Positions 55,311 through 64,000 of a stretch of DNA of 64,000 bases are shown piece after piece. The position numbers were made by a program, and so were the translations under genes. The notes under the pieces were generated by a model. It worked only from the letters and a program-made list of their open reading frames with translations. It did no database searches and was not told the DNA's origin. The stretch lies in assembly GCA_017629515.1 (NCBI GenBank), contig JAGBXB010000060.1:3298-67297 (forward strand), given 5' to 3'. Numbering within the stretch: the stretch's first letter is position 1; every line of letters begins with the position of its first letter. This DNA comes from Lentisphaeria bacterium. Lineage in GTDB: Bacteria; Verrucomicrobiota; Lentisphaeria; Victivallales; UBA1829.

Positions 55311-58300
55311 ATGAAAAAAGCCTGTTTTTCCGCTATTATATTTCTTTTTCTCTTTACTTTTCTTCTTCATGCCTCTTCCTACACTCTTTCCCCGGCATTG
55401 AAAAAGGATAAGGACGGATTTCTTTCTTTCGATCCGTCTTTTTCTGCCAGAAAGGAATATGCGTACGAATTGAATCCGCCTCTTCCCGGAAGACCTGCGG
55501 AAGTATTGATCCGTCCCAAAAGCAGTACCCGCATCCGCTTTGTTTTTGAAAAGGGGGAAGTATTCAATATGCATTTGGAGATCCACCCCCTGCGGGCAAC
55601 TGTTCCTGCGGATAAACGCAACAAGATCGAAGCAAAAAATCTTGTTCTTACTGATGCAATCATCCATTTAAAGGTCGAACCTTATGCCCATCCTTTCAAC
55701 CCCCAGATCGTCTCCCAGTTTTTTGTGAAACCGGATATCCGCAATATGGCTCCGGCAGAGGTCGCCAAACTGGATCTGGCAAAACTGCCCAAAGCCTCTG
55801 AACATACATTGAAACTGGCGGTCAAACTCAAAGATGGAAAAAGTCATCTTTATCTGGACGGCTCTTTTGCCGGTATTCTGCCTTTCGGCAGATTGAGACA
55901 GTGTCAGATCTATCTGAAAGGCAGAGAATCCATCAAAGAGATCACGAAAAATACATTTTCCAATGTTCACGGAACACTTTTTGAGCAGCTGGATCTTTCC
56001 CACAGAGCCTCTTCGGAACTTGCGGCAAAAGTTTCCCTTGATGAGAAACTGCCTTTTTTCATTTCTGAAAATATTACTCATGCACTGGATTTGAGAGAGT
56101 GCCGCAATCTTTTCGGCAGTGTGAAAGGGTATGCGGAATGTGACCGTACCCGTTATGCTTTTGACGGATTTACCTCTTCCAGACTTTTCAGTATGCCCCT
56201 TGCCCAGTACAACAAAGCATACATTCTCTGTGCGCCGCTGCCCGTCAAAAATCCCAAAGAGTATGAACAGGCGTTTTCCCTGCGGATAACACGGTATGCC
56301 CCCTTTGCCCGTTCCATGGTACAGATGCCGGGAAATTTCATTGATTTTACCGGAAAATCTCCGGATGTAAAAAAAGTCGGCTCTGCCAAAGTAAAAGTTG
56401 ACGGCAAAGAAGTTTCCATCCCCCTTTACCTTGCCGGTGTGGAACTTGACCACAATGCTCTGCACAATATTCTTTTTACCAATACCACAGCCAAACTGCC
56501 CTTTTCCAACTATCTGGATGTGGAATTCCAGGAGGGGAAAGAACCCCGCAGATTGAAAGACAGAAACCGGAAAAAAGCTTCTGTTGCCGTATTTGCCCTG
56601 ACATTGGAAAGAACTCCTGTTGTTTTACAGGAAGTCCAGAAAAGCAAGGGAAATATTTTTGAGGGAGATGAGCCTTTCCATATCGGTCTTACCGGAACTG
56701 CGGAAAAAGCAGGGGAATACCTTTTGAAATACGATGTTTATACCCTCGAAGGTAAAAAAGTTCTTTCCAAATCCCGGAAAGAAAATTTTTCCAAAGGGGA
56801 AAAGAGAGATATTTCCATTGTGGAAAAATTTTCTGAAAAAGGCTATTTTGAAATAAAGATCGGTCTTTATGATGCTTCCGGCAGAAAAACAGCGTTCAGA
56901 AATTCCTCTTTTGTTATGCTTCAGGAAAATACAAGAAAAGCAACACGGGAGGAAAGTCCCTTTATGCAATGGCTTGCCGGCAAAGTTCACCTTATTCCCA
57001 TGTATAACAAACTGGGAATATTGAATTTTTCCTCTTCCTACAATATGCCGGAAAAGGATGTTCCCAATTTCCATCTTGTGCAGTTCCCCGACCTCATCCG
57101 CAGCATCTATCCGGATAAAAGCGTGCTTACCGCAGATGAGGAAGCATGGAAGAAAATGGATAACGATCTTCTTTATGTACTGGGCCAGTATGTAAAAAGA
57201 TTCCCCAACACCAGAAGGATACTTCTTTACCATGAAAGTTATCCCAACCAATATGGAGTCATCCCCAATACCATTCTCAATAAAGAACCCCGGAAATTTG
57301 ACGCAAAACGGGAAAAGATCGAACAGGCAAGGGTGAAAGCAGCCACCAGATATTGCAAAATGATCCGGAAACACTTCCCCCACCTGAAAATCATCTTCGG
57401 CAACTCCTGTTACGCCCAGGAGATGCTGGAAACTTATGCGGCAAGAGGATTTGACAAAACTCTCATCGACTTTGTAGGCAGTGAGGGACTGGGGTCCTGG
57501 CACGCACTGCCTGAATCGTTCAGTTTCTGGAATCCCTGCGGAAGTTCCTATATTTTACGGGAAACGGCTCTTGCCAACGGCTATAAAGCCCCCGTAACGG
57601 CTACTTACGAATGGTGCTGCCGGGGCAGTAATCCTGTTCCCTGGGAAAAAAGTGAAAAAGAAGGTTTCCTGCGTCAGGCAAGAGAATATGCCAGAGATCT
57701 TTTGATCGCGTTCTCTTTCGGATATGAAAATATTCCCATACAGTGCGGTCAGAATGCAGATACCTCCTACGGTGACGGCAGAACATACGGTTCCGACGGC
57801 GGATTCAATGTGGATCTGCTGCCCAAACCTTCCATTGCCATGTTCGGCACCATCACAAGGATCCTGGATCAGGCAAAGTTTATCCGTATGATGCCGGATA
57901 TGCCTTTTGTTTACTGTTACGAATTTGTACGCAAAGACGGGAAATATGTCTATGCGTACTGGACAGCGGACAGAATTGCAGAGTGCCGTTTCACTTTTGC
58001 AAACGATCAAAAAATCGTCAGGGAAGATCTTTACGGCAGAAGAAGCATCCTTTCTCCGGTGAAAAATTCCTTCACCGCAACAGGAAACAATGTACCGCAA
58101 TATTTTATTTCCAAAAGCAGGATGCTTTCTGCCCGGATCCTTTCCCGGAAGTTTGATCTTCCCGCCGCTCCGGAAAAGAAAAAAATCCTTTCCGCCATTC
58201 CTCTCATAACAGAAAACTTCCTTGTGACAAACGAAGAGGATTTCTTCCTTTCCAAACAGAAAGAGGAAGAGCGTCATCCTTTCAAGATCAAAAACCGTAT

Positions 58301-58802
58301 TCCGGCGAAGGTTTCCAGTTACATGGATAAGGATAAAGGAAAAACACTCAAAATCGCCTTTGATGTTTCTTCCCTGCCGCAGAACGACCGCTGGAACCAC
58401 GGGGGATATACGGTCATCCGGTTCAAAACCCCCATGGATGTCCCCCGGAACACCGATTATCTGGGGATATGGGTGAAAGGCAATGATTCCATGGGAAGAT
58501 TCGCCTGGGAAGTCACAGATCAGAAAGGCAGAAAATATGTTTCCCACCTGGGATACCGCAATGAATTGAAATTCGGCGACTGGCAGTTCCTTTCCATGCC
58601 GTTGAATCCGCAACTTGCCGGAGGAACTGTGGGATTCGGTTATCAGTGGATGAACCCCAACCGTATCAAGAGTATGTACGGCCCTGTCAAAATAACCGGA
58701 ATAGTGGTTTCCACCACAGTCAAAAGGGAAGAGATCTTCCGACTCGGCAAGGTGGAAAAACAGGAAATACTTCTGGGAAATGCTTTTGCTTTCCGTAAAT
58801 AA
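55311..58802 (+). CDS. Large secreted protein of unknown function (about 1160 aa)
   Basis: GGAG SD + ATG at 55311. Signal peptide MKKACFSAIIFLFLFTFLLHASS. No catalytic motif recognised by eye. The C-terminal ~150 aa look like a beta-sandwich/CBM-type domain. Confidence 0.6.
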   Translation: MKKACFSAIIFLFLFTFLLHASSYTLSPALKKDKDGFLSFDPSFSARKEYAYELNPPLPGRPAEVLIRPKSSTRIRFVFEKGEVFNMHLEIHPLRATVPADKRNKIEAKNLVLTDAIIHLKVEPYAHPFNPQIVSQFFVKPDIRNMAPAEVAKLDLAKLPKASEHTLKLAVKLKDGKSHLYLDGSFAGILPFGRLRQCQIYLKGRESIKEITKNTFSNVHGTLFEQLDLSHRASSELAAKVSLDEKLPFFISENITHALDLRECRNLFGSVKGYAECDRTRYAFDGFTSSRLFSMPLAQYNKAYILCAPLPVKNPKEYEQAFSLRITRYAPFARSMVQMPGNFIDFTGKSPDVKKVGSAKVKVDGKEVSIPLYLAGVELDHNALHNILFTNTTAKLPFSNYLDVEFQEGKEPRRLKDRNRKKASVAVFALTLERTPVVLQEVQKSKGNIFEGDEPFHIGLTGTAEKAGEYLLKYDVYTLEGKKVLSKSRKENFSKGEKRDISIVEKFSEKGYFEIKIGLYDASGRKTAFRNSSFVMLQENTRKATREESPFMQWLAGKVHLIPMYNKLGILNFSSSYNMPEKDVPNFHLVQFPDLIRSIYPDKSVLTADEEAWKKMDNDLLYVLGQYVKRFPNTRRILLYHESYPNQYGVIPNTILNKEPRKFDAKREKIEQARVKAATRYCKMIRKHFPHLKIIFGNSCYAQEMLETYAARGFDKTLIDFVGSEGLGSWHALPESFSFWNPCGSSYILRETALANGYKAPVTATYEWCCRGSNPVPWEKSEKEGFLRQAREYARDLLIAFSFGYENIPIQCGQNADTSYGDGRTYGSDGGFNVDLLPKPSIAMFGTITRILDQAKFIRMMPDMPFVYCYEFVRKDGKYVYAYWTADRIAECRFTFANDQKIVREDLYGRRSILSPVKNSFTATGNNVPQYFISKSRMLSARILSRKFDLPAAPEKKKILSAIPLITENFLVTNEEDFFLSKQKEEERHPFKIKNRIPAKVSSYMDKDKGKTLKIAFDVSSLPQNDRWNHGGYTVIRFKTPMDVPRNTDYLGIWVKGNDSMGRFAWEVTDQKGRKYVSHLGYRNELKFGDWQFLSMPLNPQLAGGTVGFGYQWMNPNRIKSMYGPVKITGIVVSTTVKREEIFRLGKVEKQEILLGNAFAFRK

Positions 58803-58925
58803 TCTGCCGGAATACCGGGAAAAACAACATACATGAGAAGCGTGTAACGCTTTCCCGTATGCTCTGTTCCCCGGGATTTTTCCTGCGCCACTTACGGAAC
58901 TTTGATCCTTTTCCGGATCCATCCG

Positions 58926-58975
58926 GGGTTGTTGCCCACCTTTTTTGAGGTTTTGCAACAACCCTTTTCTTTTTT
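58926..58975 (+). terminator. Rho-independent terminator of the 1160-aa gene
   Basis: GGGTTGTTGC (58926-58935) pairs with GCAACAACCC (58955-58964), followed by TTTTCTTTTTT. Confidence 0.7.
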
Positions 58976-58990
58976 ACGAGTTGTGATAAA

Positions 58991-60220
58991 TTACAGACCT
59001 TGAAGATGTGCCGCTTCTTTCCAGATGGCGGCGGCTTTGGCATTGAGTAATGTGATTGCCCCTGCTTTTTTGCCTTCTTTCAGCATTTTTCTTGCTTCCT
59101 GCAGCGTTTCTTCATATTCGGCAAAGGATTTTTTCTCAAAAGCAAGCCATGCTTCCGGAATGGGGGCTTCCAGACCTTTTTTATCAAATTCTGCCCAGAC
59201 AAATTTACTCCAGGAGAGATCGGTCATTCTCTTATCCAGTGTTTCCACGCAGATGGGGACAGGTACGCAGATACCGTGTCTGGGATGACCAATGGTAAAA
59301 TAAGCTGTGGAAAGAACATGAGGAAACTCTTTATCGATCACCAGAGTGGAGGAGGAATTGGTATATTTGAAACAGACACTTCTGGGATTGGGGGAATCTT
59401 TGGGTACGGTATGAGTACGGGCAAGGGCGAGACTGTCGGCAACAGTGATCTTTCCATTTTTCCGCAATGCTTCATTTAAGGAGGTCAGGGCAACAAAAGC
59501 TCTCACACTGCTGTTGATGTAACTTTTGATATTATTTTCTGTCCGCTGTGCCATTCCGGGATTGTACCAGATATTGGCACGGACGGCATATCCATTGTCA
59601 TACCGGACGGGGGAGACGAATTTTGCGGTCATTTCGCATACATACCCTTCTTTTGTATCCATAAAAAAGAAGATGGAACCGCTCTGTTTGTGATAGTAAT
59701 CTTTTTCTTTGATGAATCCTTCCAGTTTGGCAACTGCCTCTTTTGCGGTATCGCAACTTTCCAGAATGGCTCTCAAAATGGCGGGAGTACCTTTTTTTGT
59801 TTTATCCGTATTGTTTTCCACACATTTTTCCCCGCTGTTCACCACAACGGCAAGTCCGGAAGCGTTCATTCCCATACAGGGGGCCTGATAATTGGGGGCT
59901 GAATTACCCAGTCCCACCCATTTGCGTTTGACTGTTTTTGTTTCTTTCGACCAGAATGTGATAAGGTTTTCCCAGAAGTTTTTTTCAACTTCCGCAACTT
60001 CCTCTTTCCCTATGAGAACGGCAATATTTCTGCTTGTGGCATCCCGGTTCTTATGGAGAAAGTTGGTATTGTTTTTCGTAGCATCGGAAAAAACCATCCA
60101 GGAGGTACATTCGTGACCGGGACCGTTTTTCTCTTCTTCCGCAGTAATATCCATCAGTGGAAAATTACAGGAAAGAACTGCACACAAAATTTTGGAATAC
60201 AACCATGGATTTTTTTTCAT
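58991..60220 (-). CDS. Secreted Ntn-hydrolase-like peptidase (C69/C45-type, Cys nucleophile)
   Basis: AAGGAG SD + ATG at 60220. Signal peptide, then CTSWMVFSDATKNNTNFLHKNRD, resembling the N-terminal nucleophile block CT[ST]...ARNED of C69 dipeptidases. Confidence 0.5.
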   Translation of the reverse strand: MKKNPWLYSKILCAVLSCNFPLMDITAEEEKNGPGHECTSWMVFSDATKNNTNFLHKNRDATSRNIAVLIGKEEVAEVEKNFWENLITFWSKETKTVKRKWVGLGNSAPNYQAPCMGMNASGLAVVVNSGEKCVENNTDKTKKGTPAILRAILESCDTAKEAVAKLEGFIKEKDYYHKQSGSIFFFMDTKEGYVCEMTAKFVSPVRYDNGYAVRANIWYNPGMAQRTENNIKSYINSSVRAFVALTSLNEALRKNGKITVADSLALARTHTVPKDSPNPRSVCFKYTNSSSTLVIDKEFPHVLSTAYFTIGHPRHGICVPVPICVETLDKRMTDLSWSKFVWAEFDKKGLEAPIPEAWLAFEKKSFAEYEETLQEARKMLKEGKKAGAITLLNAKAAAIWKEAAHLQGL

Positions 60221-60404
60221 TTTTTTCTCCTTTTCCGGGAAATTCACATTACAAGAAATCTGCCTGTAAAAGTAATGTAGCACCGGAAGAAAAAAAGACA
60301 AATATTTTTTACCGATAATTTTATAAAAAGATATTTACTTTCTCCTTTCACAGTGTATATTGAGTAATATCATAGTATGCTTTTCCAACAGAAAGGATCA
60401 TAAA

Positions 60405-62663
60405 ATGCGGGAAGAACTCGTTGCTTTACATAAAGAATTGCGTCGTTATTTCGGGGAAAACGGCGGACAGAAATGTCAGGATGCTTCCAGACTTGCCCGC
60501 AAAGAGGAAATCATGAAAAATATGGATGATTTTTCCGCTGAAAATCCCTCTGTTTCCCCCCTTGCATTGCGGAAAAAACTCTATGAAAAGATCAGTGAAA
60601 AATTTGAACCGGTCCTTTTCCCCGATTCCCCTTTCTATAACGGGATCGAGGGCAATGGCGGCTGGAACTGTTCCACCCCCTCCTTATGGCTTCTTGTCCA
60701 TCAGGAAATGCCTTTCAGAAAAGAAGCGGTAGAAGATATTGAGCGTTTCACCATTGCAAGACAGGAGTGTTTTTTTCTTTCCTCCAACTTTTTCACCGAT
60801 CTTGCCCATCATGCCCCCCCCATCCCGCAGGTACTGGAAAAAGGATTCAAAGGGATCCGGGAAGATGCCCGGAACCTTCTTTTGCAAAATCTCTCCCCGG
60901 AAGAAAAAGAGTATGTAAAAACTCTGATCGCCGGATTGGAGGCAGTAAAAGTCATACAGGAAAAGTACCGGAAAAAGGCTCTGGAATATCTGGAAAAAGG
61001 CAATTTGACTTTTTTACAGAAAAAATTTATGCAGATGGTTGCTCAAAGTGCCGCAAGATCCCCCTGGGAAAAGCCGCAAACATTTTATGAAGCCCTCAAT
61101 ACCTGTGCTTTTGTGCGGGAGATCATGGGGGAACTGGACGGCTTGCGTACCAACAGTTACGGAAGAGTGGACGCATGGCTTGTTTCCTATTATGAAAAGG
61201 ATCTGAAAGAGGGCCGCATAACGGAAGAGGAAGCGTATGACCTCATCTGCCGTTTTCTCCTTGCCGCCGACTCTCTCTATGACCATGACAGTATGGTGAA
61301 CGCCTATTCCGAACATGAAAACGAGATCACCCTCACACTGGGCGGCTGTGATAAAGAGGGCAAGGAAGTTTTCAATTCCCTCACGCGTCTTTTCCTCCGT
61401 GCTTACAGGGAAAATGATCTTGTCTATCCCAAACCTCACTGCCGTTTTTCCGCAAACTCCTCAAAGGAATATCTGCGTCTTATTACCGACGATATTCTTG
61501 CGGGAAGAGGTATTTATACCCTCAACAACGATGATTCCCTTATCCCCGCCCTTGTGAAAGACGGCAAAACTCTTTCCGATGCCCGTTCCTATTGCTGTAC
61601 CGGGTGCTGGGATATTGCCATACTTGGAAAAGAGGACAATGCCGGGGGCGGGTATTTCAACCTGGCAAAAATTCTGGAATGTTCCATCTATGAAAAAGAA
61701 AGCAGAGAAGTATTGGAAAAACTTCATTACTCTTTCCTTTCCCTTGAAAATGCCTCTTCTTTTGAAGAATTTTATGAAAAAATCATGGCAAACACTCTTA
61801 CCGTACTGCATGACCGCCTTGCCACCCAGGGGAAAAACGGAAAACGATACGGCAAAATGATCCCTGCCCCCCTGAATTCCGGTTGTTCCCATGCCTTTAT
61901 GGAAAGTCATAAAGATTTCATGTCCGGCGGACAGACATACAGCCCCAGTGCCGTTTCTTTCTGTTTCTTTGCTGATTTTCTGGATTCTCTCCTTGCAATA
62001 AAGGAACTTTGTTTTGAGAAAAAAATATGCTCACTTCCCGCGCTTCTGCAAGCTGTAAGAAACAACTGGCAGGGGGAAGAGGGGGAATTTTTACGCAAAA
62101 ATGTCCTGCGTTCCTCCCATTGGGGGGATAATAAGGAAGTCACCCGGACTCTGGGGAGAAGGATCTTTGAAGAACTTTACAGTTTTCTCCGGAAGTATGA
62201 AAATGAAAAAGGCGGAAAATATCAGGCCGGATTCTGGTGTTACCGGGAATTCCGTTTCTGGGGGGAAAAACTCAAAGCCCTGCCCGACGGAAGAAGAAAC
62301 GGGGATCTTCTGGCTCAAAGTCTGAATCCCTCCCACTTCCGCTGTCATGAAGATATTACAGGCGTACTGCAATCTCTTGCATGTCTGGATATGGAAAAGG
62401 TTGCCGGAAACAGTGTGGTCAATCTGATGCTGGAACGTTCCGGCATAACAGAGGAAACAGCAGAAAACCTTGTACGTACTTTTGCCAGACTCCAACTTCA
62501 ACAGCTGCAATTAAACTGTGCAGGCAGGGAAGAACTTTTCGATGCAATGCTTCATCCGGAAAAACATCAGAGTCTTTTTGTAAGGATATGCGGTTTTTCC
62601 GCTAAATTTATCTCTCTTTCCCCCCAATGGCAGAAAGAGATCCTTGAACGCACTTCCTTCTGA
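60405..62663 (+). CDS. Glycyl-radical enzyme (PFL-like superfamily), subfamily unknown
   Basis: C-terminal glycyl-radical loop FVRICGFSAKFISL ... EILERT lies 23 aa from the end. Candidate thiyl loop SYCCTGCWD lies about 319 aa upstream, matching the PFL Cys-Gly spacing. Start at ATG 60405 (SD AAAGGA). Confidence 0.75.
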   Translation: MREELVALHKELRRYFGENGGQKCQDASRLARKEEIMKNMDDFSAENPSVSPLALRKKLYEKISEKFEPVLFPDSPFYNGIEGNGGWNCSTPSLWLLVHQEMPFRKEAVEDIERFTIARQECFFLSSNFFTDLAHHAPPIPQVLEKGFKGIREDARNLLLQNLSPEEKEYVKTLIAGLEAVKVIQEKYRKKALEYLEKGNLTFLQKKFMQMVAQSAARSPWEKPQTFYEALNTCAFVREIMGELDGLRTNSYGRVDAWLVSYYEKDLKEGRITEEEAYDLICRFLLAADSLYDHDSMVNAYSEHENEITLTLGGCDKEGKEVFNSLTRLFLRAYRENDLVYPKPHCRFSANSSKEYLRLITDDILAGRGIYTLNNDDSLIPALVKDGKTLSDARSYCCTGCWDIAILGKEDNAGGGYFNLAKILECSIYEKESREVLEKLHYSFLSLENASSFEEFYEKIMANTLTVLHDRLATQGKNGKRYGKMIPAPLNSGCSHAFMESHKDFMSGGQTYSPSAVSFCFFADFLDSLLAIKELCFEKKICSLPALLQAVRNNWQGEEGEFLRKNVLRSSHWGDNKEVTRTLGRRIFEELYSFLRKYENEKGGKYQAGFWCYREFRFWGEKLKALPDGRRNGDLLAQSLNPSHFRCHEDITGVLQSLACLDMEKVAGNSVVNLMLERSGITEETAENLVRTFARLQLQQLQLNCAGREELFDAMLHPEKHQSLFVRICGFSAKFISLSPQWQKEILERTSF

Positions 62664-62664
62664 A

Positions 62665-62713
62665 AATAAAAAACAGAAAAAGATATTGTGAGAGACACAA
62701 GAGGTCTCTCACA
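62665..62713 (-). terminator. Terminator hairpin between convergent genes (T-run on the minus strand)
   Basis: TGTGAGAGAC (62687-62696) pairs with GTCTCTCACA (62704-62713). On the minus strand it is followed by ATATCTTTTTCTGTTTTTTATTTT. Confidence 0.6.
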
Positions 62714-62769
62714 GGAGGGCTGCTGCAAACGATCCGGTGCAACAACCCCTGTATATATTTTTCCGGCAA

Positions 62770-63960
62770 TTATTTTACTGCAAGAACTGCCTTTTTGAAT
62801 CCTTCGGCAGAACGGAGAATGACTTTTTCCGATACACAGAAGGTGGTACGGAAATATCCGGGACAGCCGAAAGCACTTCCGGGAACAACAAGGATGTGTT
62901 CTTTCAAAAGAGCGTCAATGAATATTTTCTCATCCTTCGTGGGGGATTTGGCAAAGAAATAAAACGCTCCTTTGGGCATAGTAAATTCGATTCCTGCATC
63001 GGAAAGGACTTTTGCCATGGCATTTCTTCTGCTGCGGTAAATATCCAGATCCACTTTCGCATCCAGGCACTCCATAAGGATCTTCTGACCGATGGCGGGC
63101 GCATTCACATACCCCAGGATACGGTTGCAGAGGATGAGGGCATTCATCAATTCCTCCACATCTGCCATTTCAGGATTGGCGGCAATGTAGCCAATGCGCT
63201 CCCCGGCAAGGGAAAGGGTCTTGGAGAAAGAACCCACCACAAGAGAGTGTTCAAAATAAGTGAAGAGGGAGGGGATGAAAGTATCATCATAATTCAGGAA
63301 CCGGTAAGGCTCATCCGCGAGCACATAAATCGCCCTTGCGTATTTTTCCTCCGCTTCTTTCACCACTTTCCCCAATGCGGCAAGTTCTTCTGCCGTATAG
63401 ATCTGACCGGTGGGATTGTGGGGGGAATTGATAATGATCGCCTTGGTCTTTTCATTGATGGCTCCTGCAAGGGCATCCACATCCAGTTCAAAGGTAAAAT
63501 CTTTGGAGGGGACGGTTTTCAGTTTCCCCCCGAAATTGCCTGCATAAGCACCATATTCCACAAAGTAGGGGGCGGGAGTGAGTACTTCATCGCCTTCGGA
63601 GAGAATGGCACGGAAAACCGTATTCAATCCCCCGGCTGCGCCCACAGTTACAACCACATGGTTTGCGGAAAGAGTTTTTCCCTGTTCCACGGAAAGTTTT
63701 TCTGCCAGCATACTGCGCAAAGCAGGATACCCGGCATTGGGCATATAGCCTATGGCAAAGGGTTCAGCAGCCCCTTTTGCGATTTTTGCAAGGGCTTCCG
63801 CCACCTGGGGCGGAGGGGGAAGGTCGGGATTCCCCAGACTGAAATCATATACATTATCCTCCCCGTACTGTTTTTTCAGTTCGATTCCTGCTTCAAACAT
63901 CTTTCTTATACCGGAGGAATTGGCAAGAAAACCTTTGATCTCTTCTGTAACGGTCTGCAT
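62770..63960 (-). CDS. Class-I PLP-dependent aminotransferase (aspartate/alanine type)
   Basis: 396 aa. NSPHNPTG, SFSKTLSLAGERIGY (PLP Lys) and a C-terminal R...F pattern. Confidence 0.85.
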   Translation of the reverse strand: MQTVTEEIKGFLANSSGIRKMFEAGIELKKQYGEDNVYDFSLGNPDLPPPPQVAEALAKIAKGAAEPFAIGYMPNAGYPALRSMLAEKLSVEQGKTLSANHVVVTVGAAGGLNTVFRAILSEGDEVLTPAPYFVEYGAYAGNFGGKLKTVPSKDFTFELDVDALAGAINEKTKAIIINSPHNPTGQIYTAEELAALGKVVKEAEEKYARAIYVLADEPYRFLNYDDTFIPSLFTYFEHSLVVGSFSKTLSLAGERIGYIAANPEMADVEELMNALILCNRILGYVNAPAIGQKILMECLDAKVDLDIYRSRRNAMAKVLSDAGIEFTMPKGAFYFFAKSPTKDEKIFIDALLKEHILVVPGSAFGCPGYFRTTFCVSEKVILRSAEGFKKAVLAVK

Positions 63961-64000
63961 GATATTTTTCCTTTTTTTTATTCAGTGTGAGGTCATTGTA

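Noticed and set aside
58924-58964. Shared 11-mer GCAACAACCCC (also at 62739-62749) as a small dispersed repeat
   Set aside because: Only 11 nt are shared and the flanks are unrelated. One copy is simply the descending arm of a terminator stem. This is probably chance.

Overview
Dense chromosomal segment with about 58 protein genes and one tRNA-Trp. GC is roughly mid-40s % by eye. It appears to come from an anaerobic diderm bacterium. Envelope markers are hldD, lnt, an O-antigen-ligase-like protein, a DUF374 acyltransferase, a PqiC-like lipoprotein and uppP. Anaerobe markers are rubredoxin, desulfoferrodoxin, a glycyl-radical enzyme and a ferredoxin:thioredoxin-reductase-like protein. Most genes are housekeeping: phospholipid synthesis (psd, pssA, plsY, gpsA), DNA repair and recombination (ruvC, nth, xerC/D), cofactor and nucleotide genes (nadB, coaC, gmk, queC) and RNA modification (tlyA, rluB, trmO, pcnB). 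Accessory-looking parts are listed below. (1) A six-gene minus-strand envelope-glycan operon ends in a GT2 plus a GT-C-like membrane protein. (2) A Zn-type ABC uptake operon is led by an unusual ribbon-helix-helix/zinc-ribbon protein. (3) A two-gene restriction-modification islet (MmeI-family type IIL enzyme plus a four-helix-bundle protein) is wedged between coaC and rluB, with an AT-rich internal segment and 9-bp in-frame tandem repeats in both genes. (4) An orphan glycyl-radical enzyme has an atypical Cys loop. The most unusual signal is non-coding. A 165-205 nt element occurs in two clear copies: 52141-52307 (+), just after tRNA-Trp, and 4309-4517 (-), between a PRT-like gene and codB. There may be a third degenerate copy. 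The two copies share a 35-nt identical block, a conserved SD-preceded 11-codon mini-ORF, and a rod-like fold whose two long helices keep pairing through compensatory substitutions. All protein calls rest on motif recognition by eye. No database search, folding program or statistics was run.
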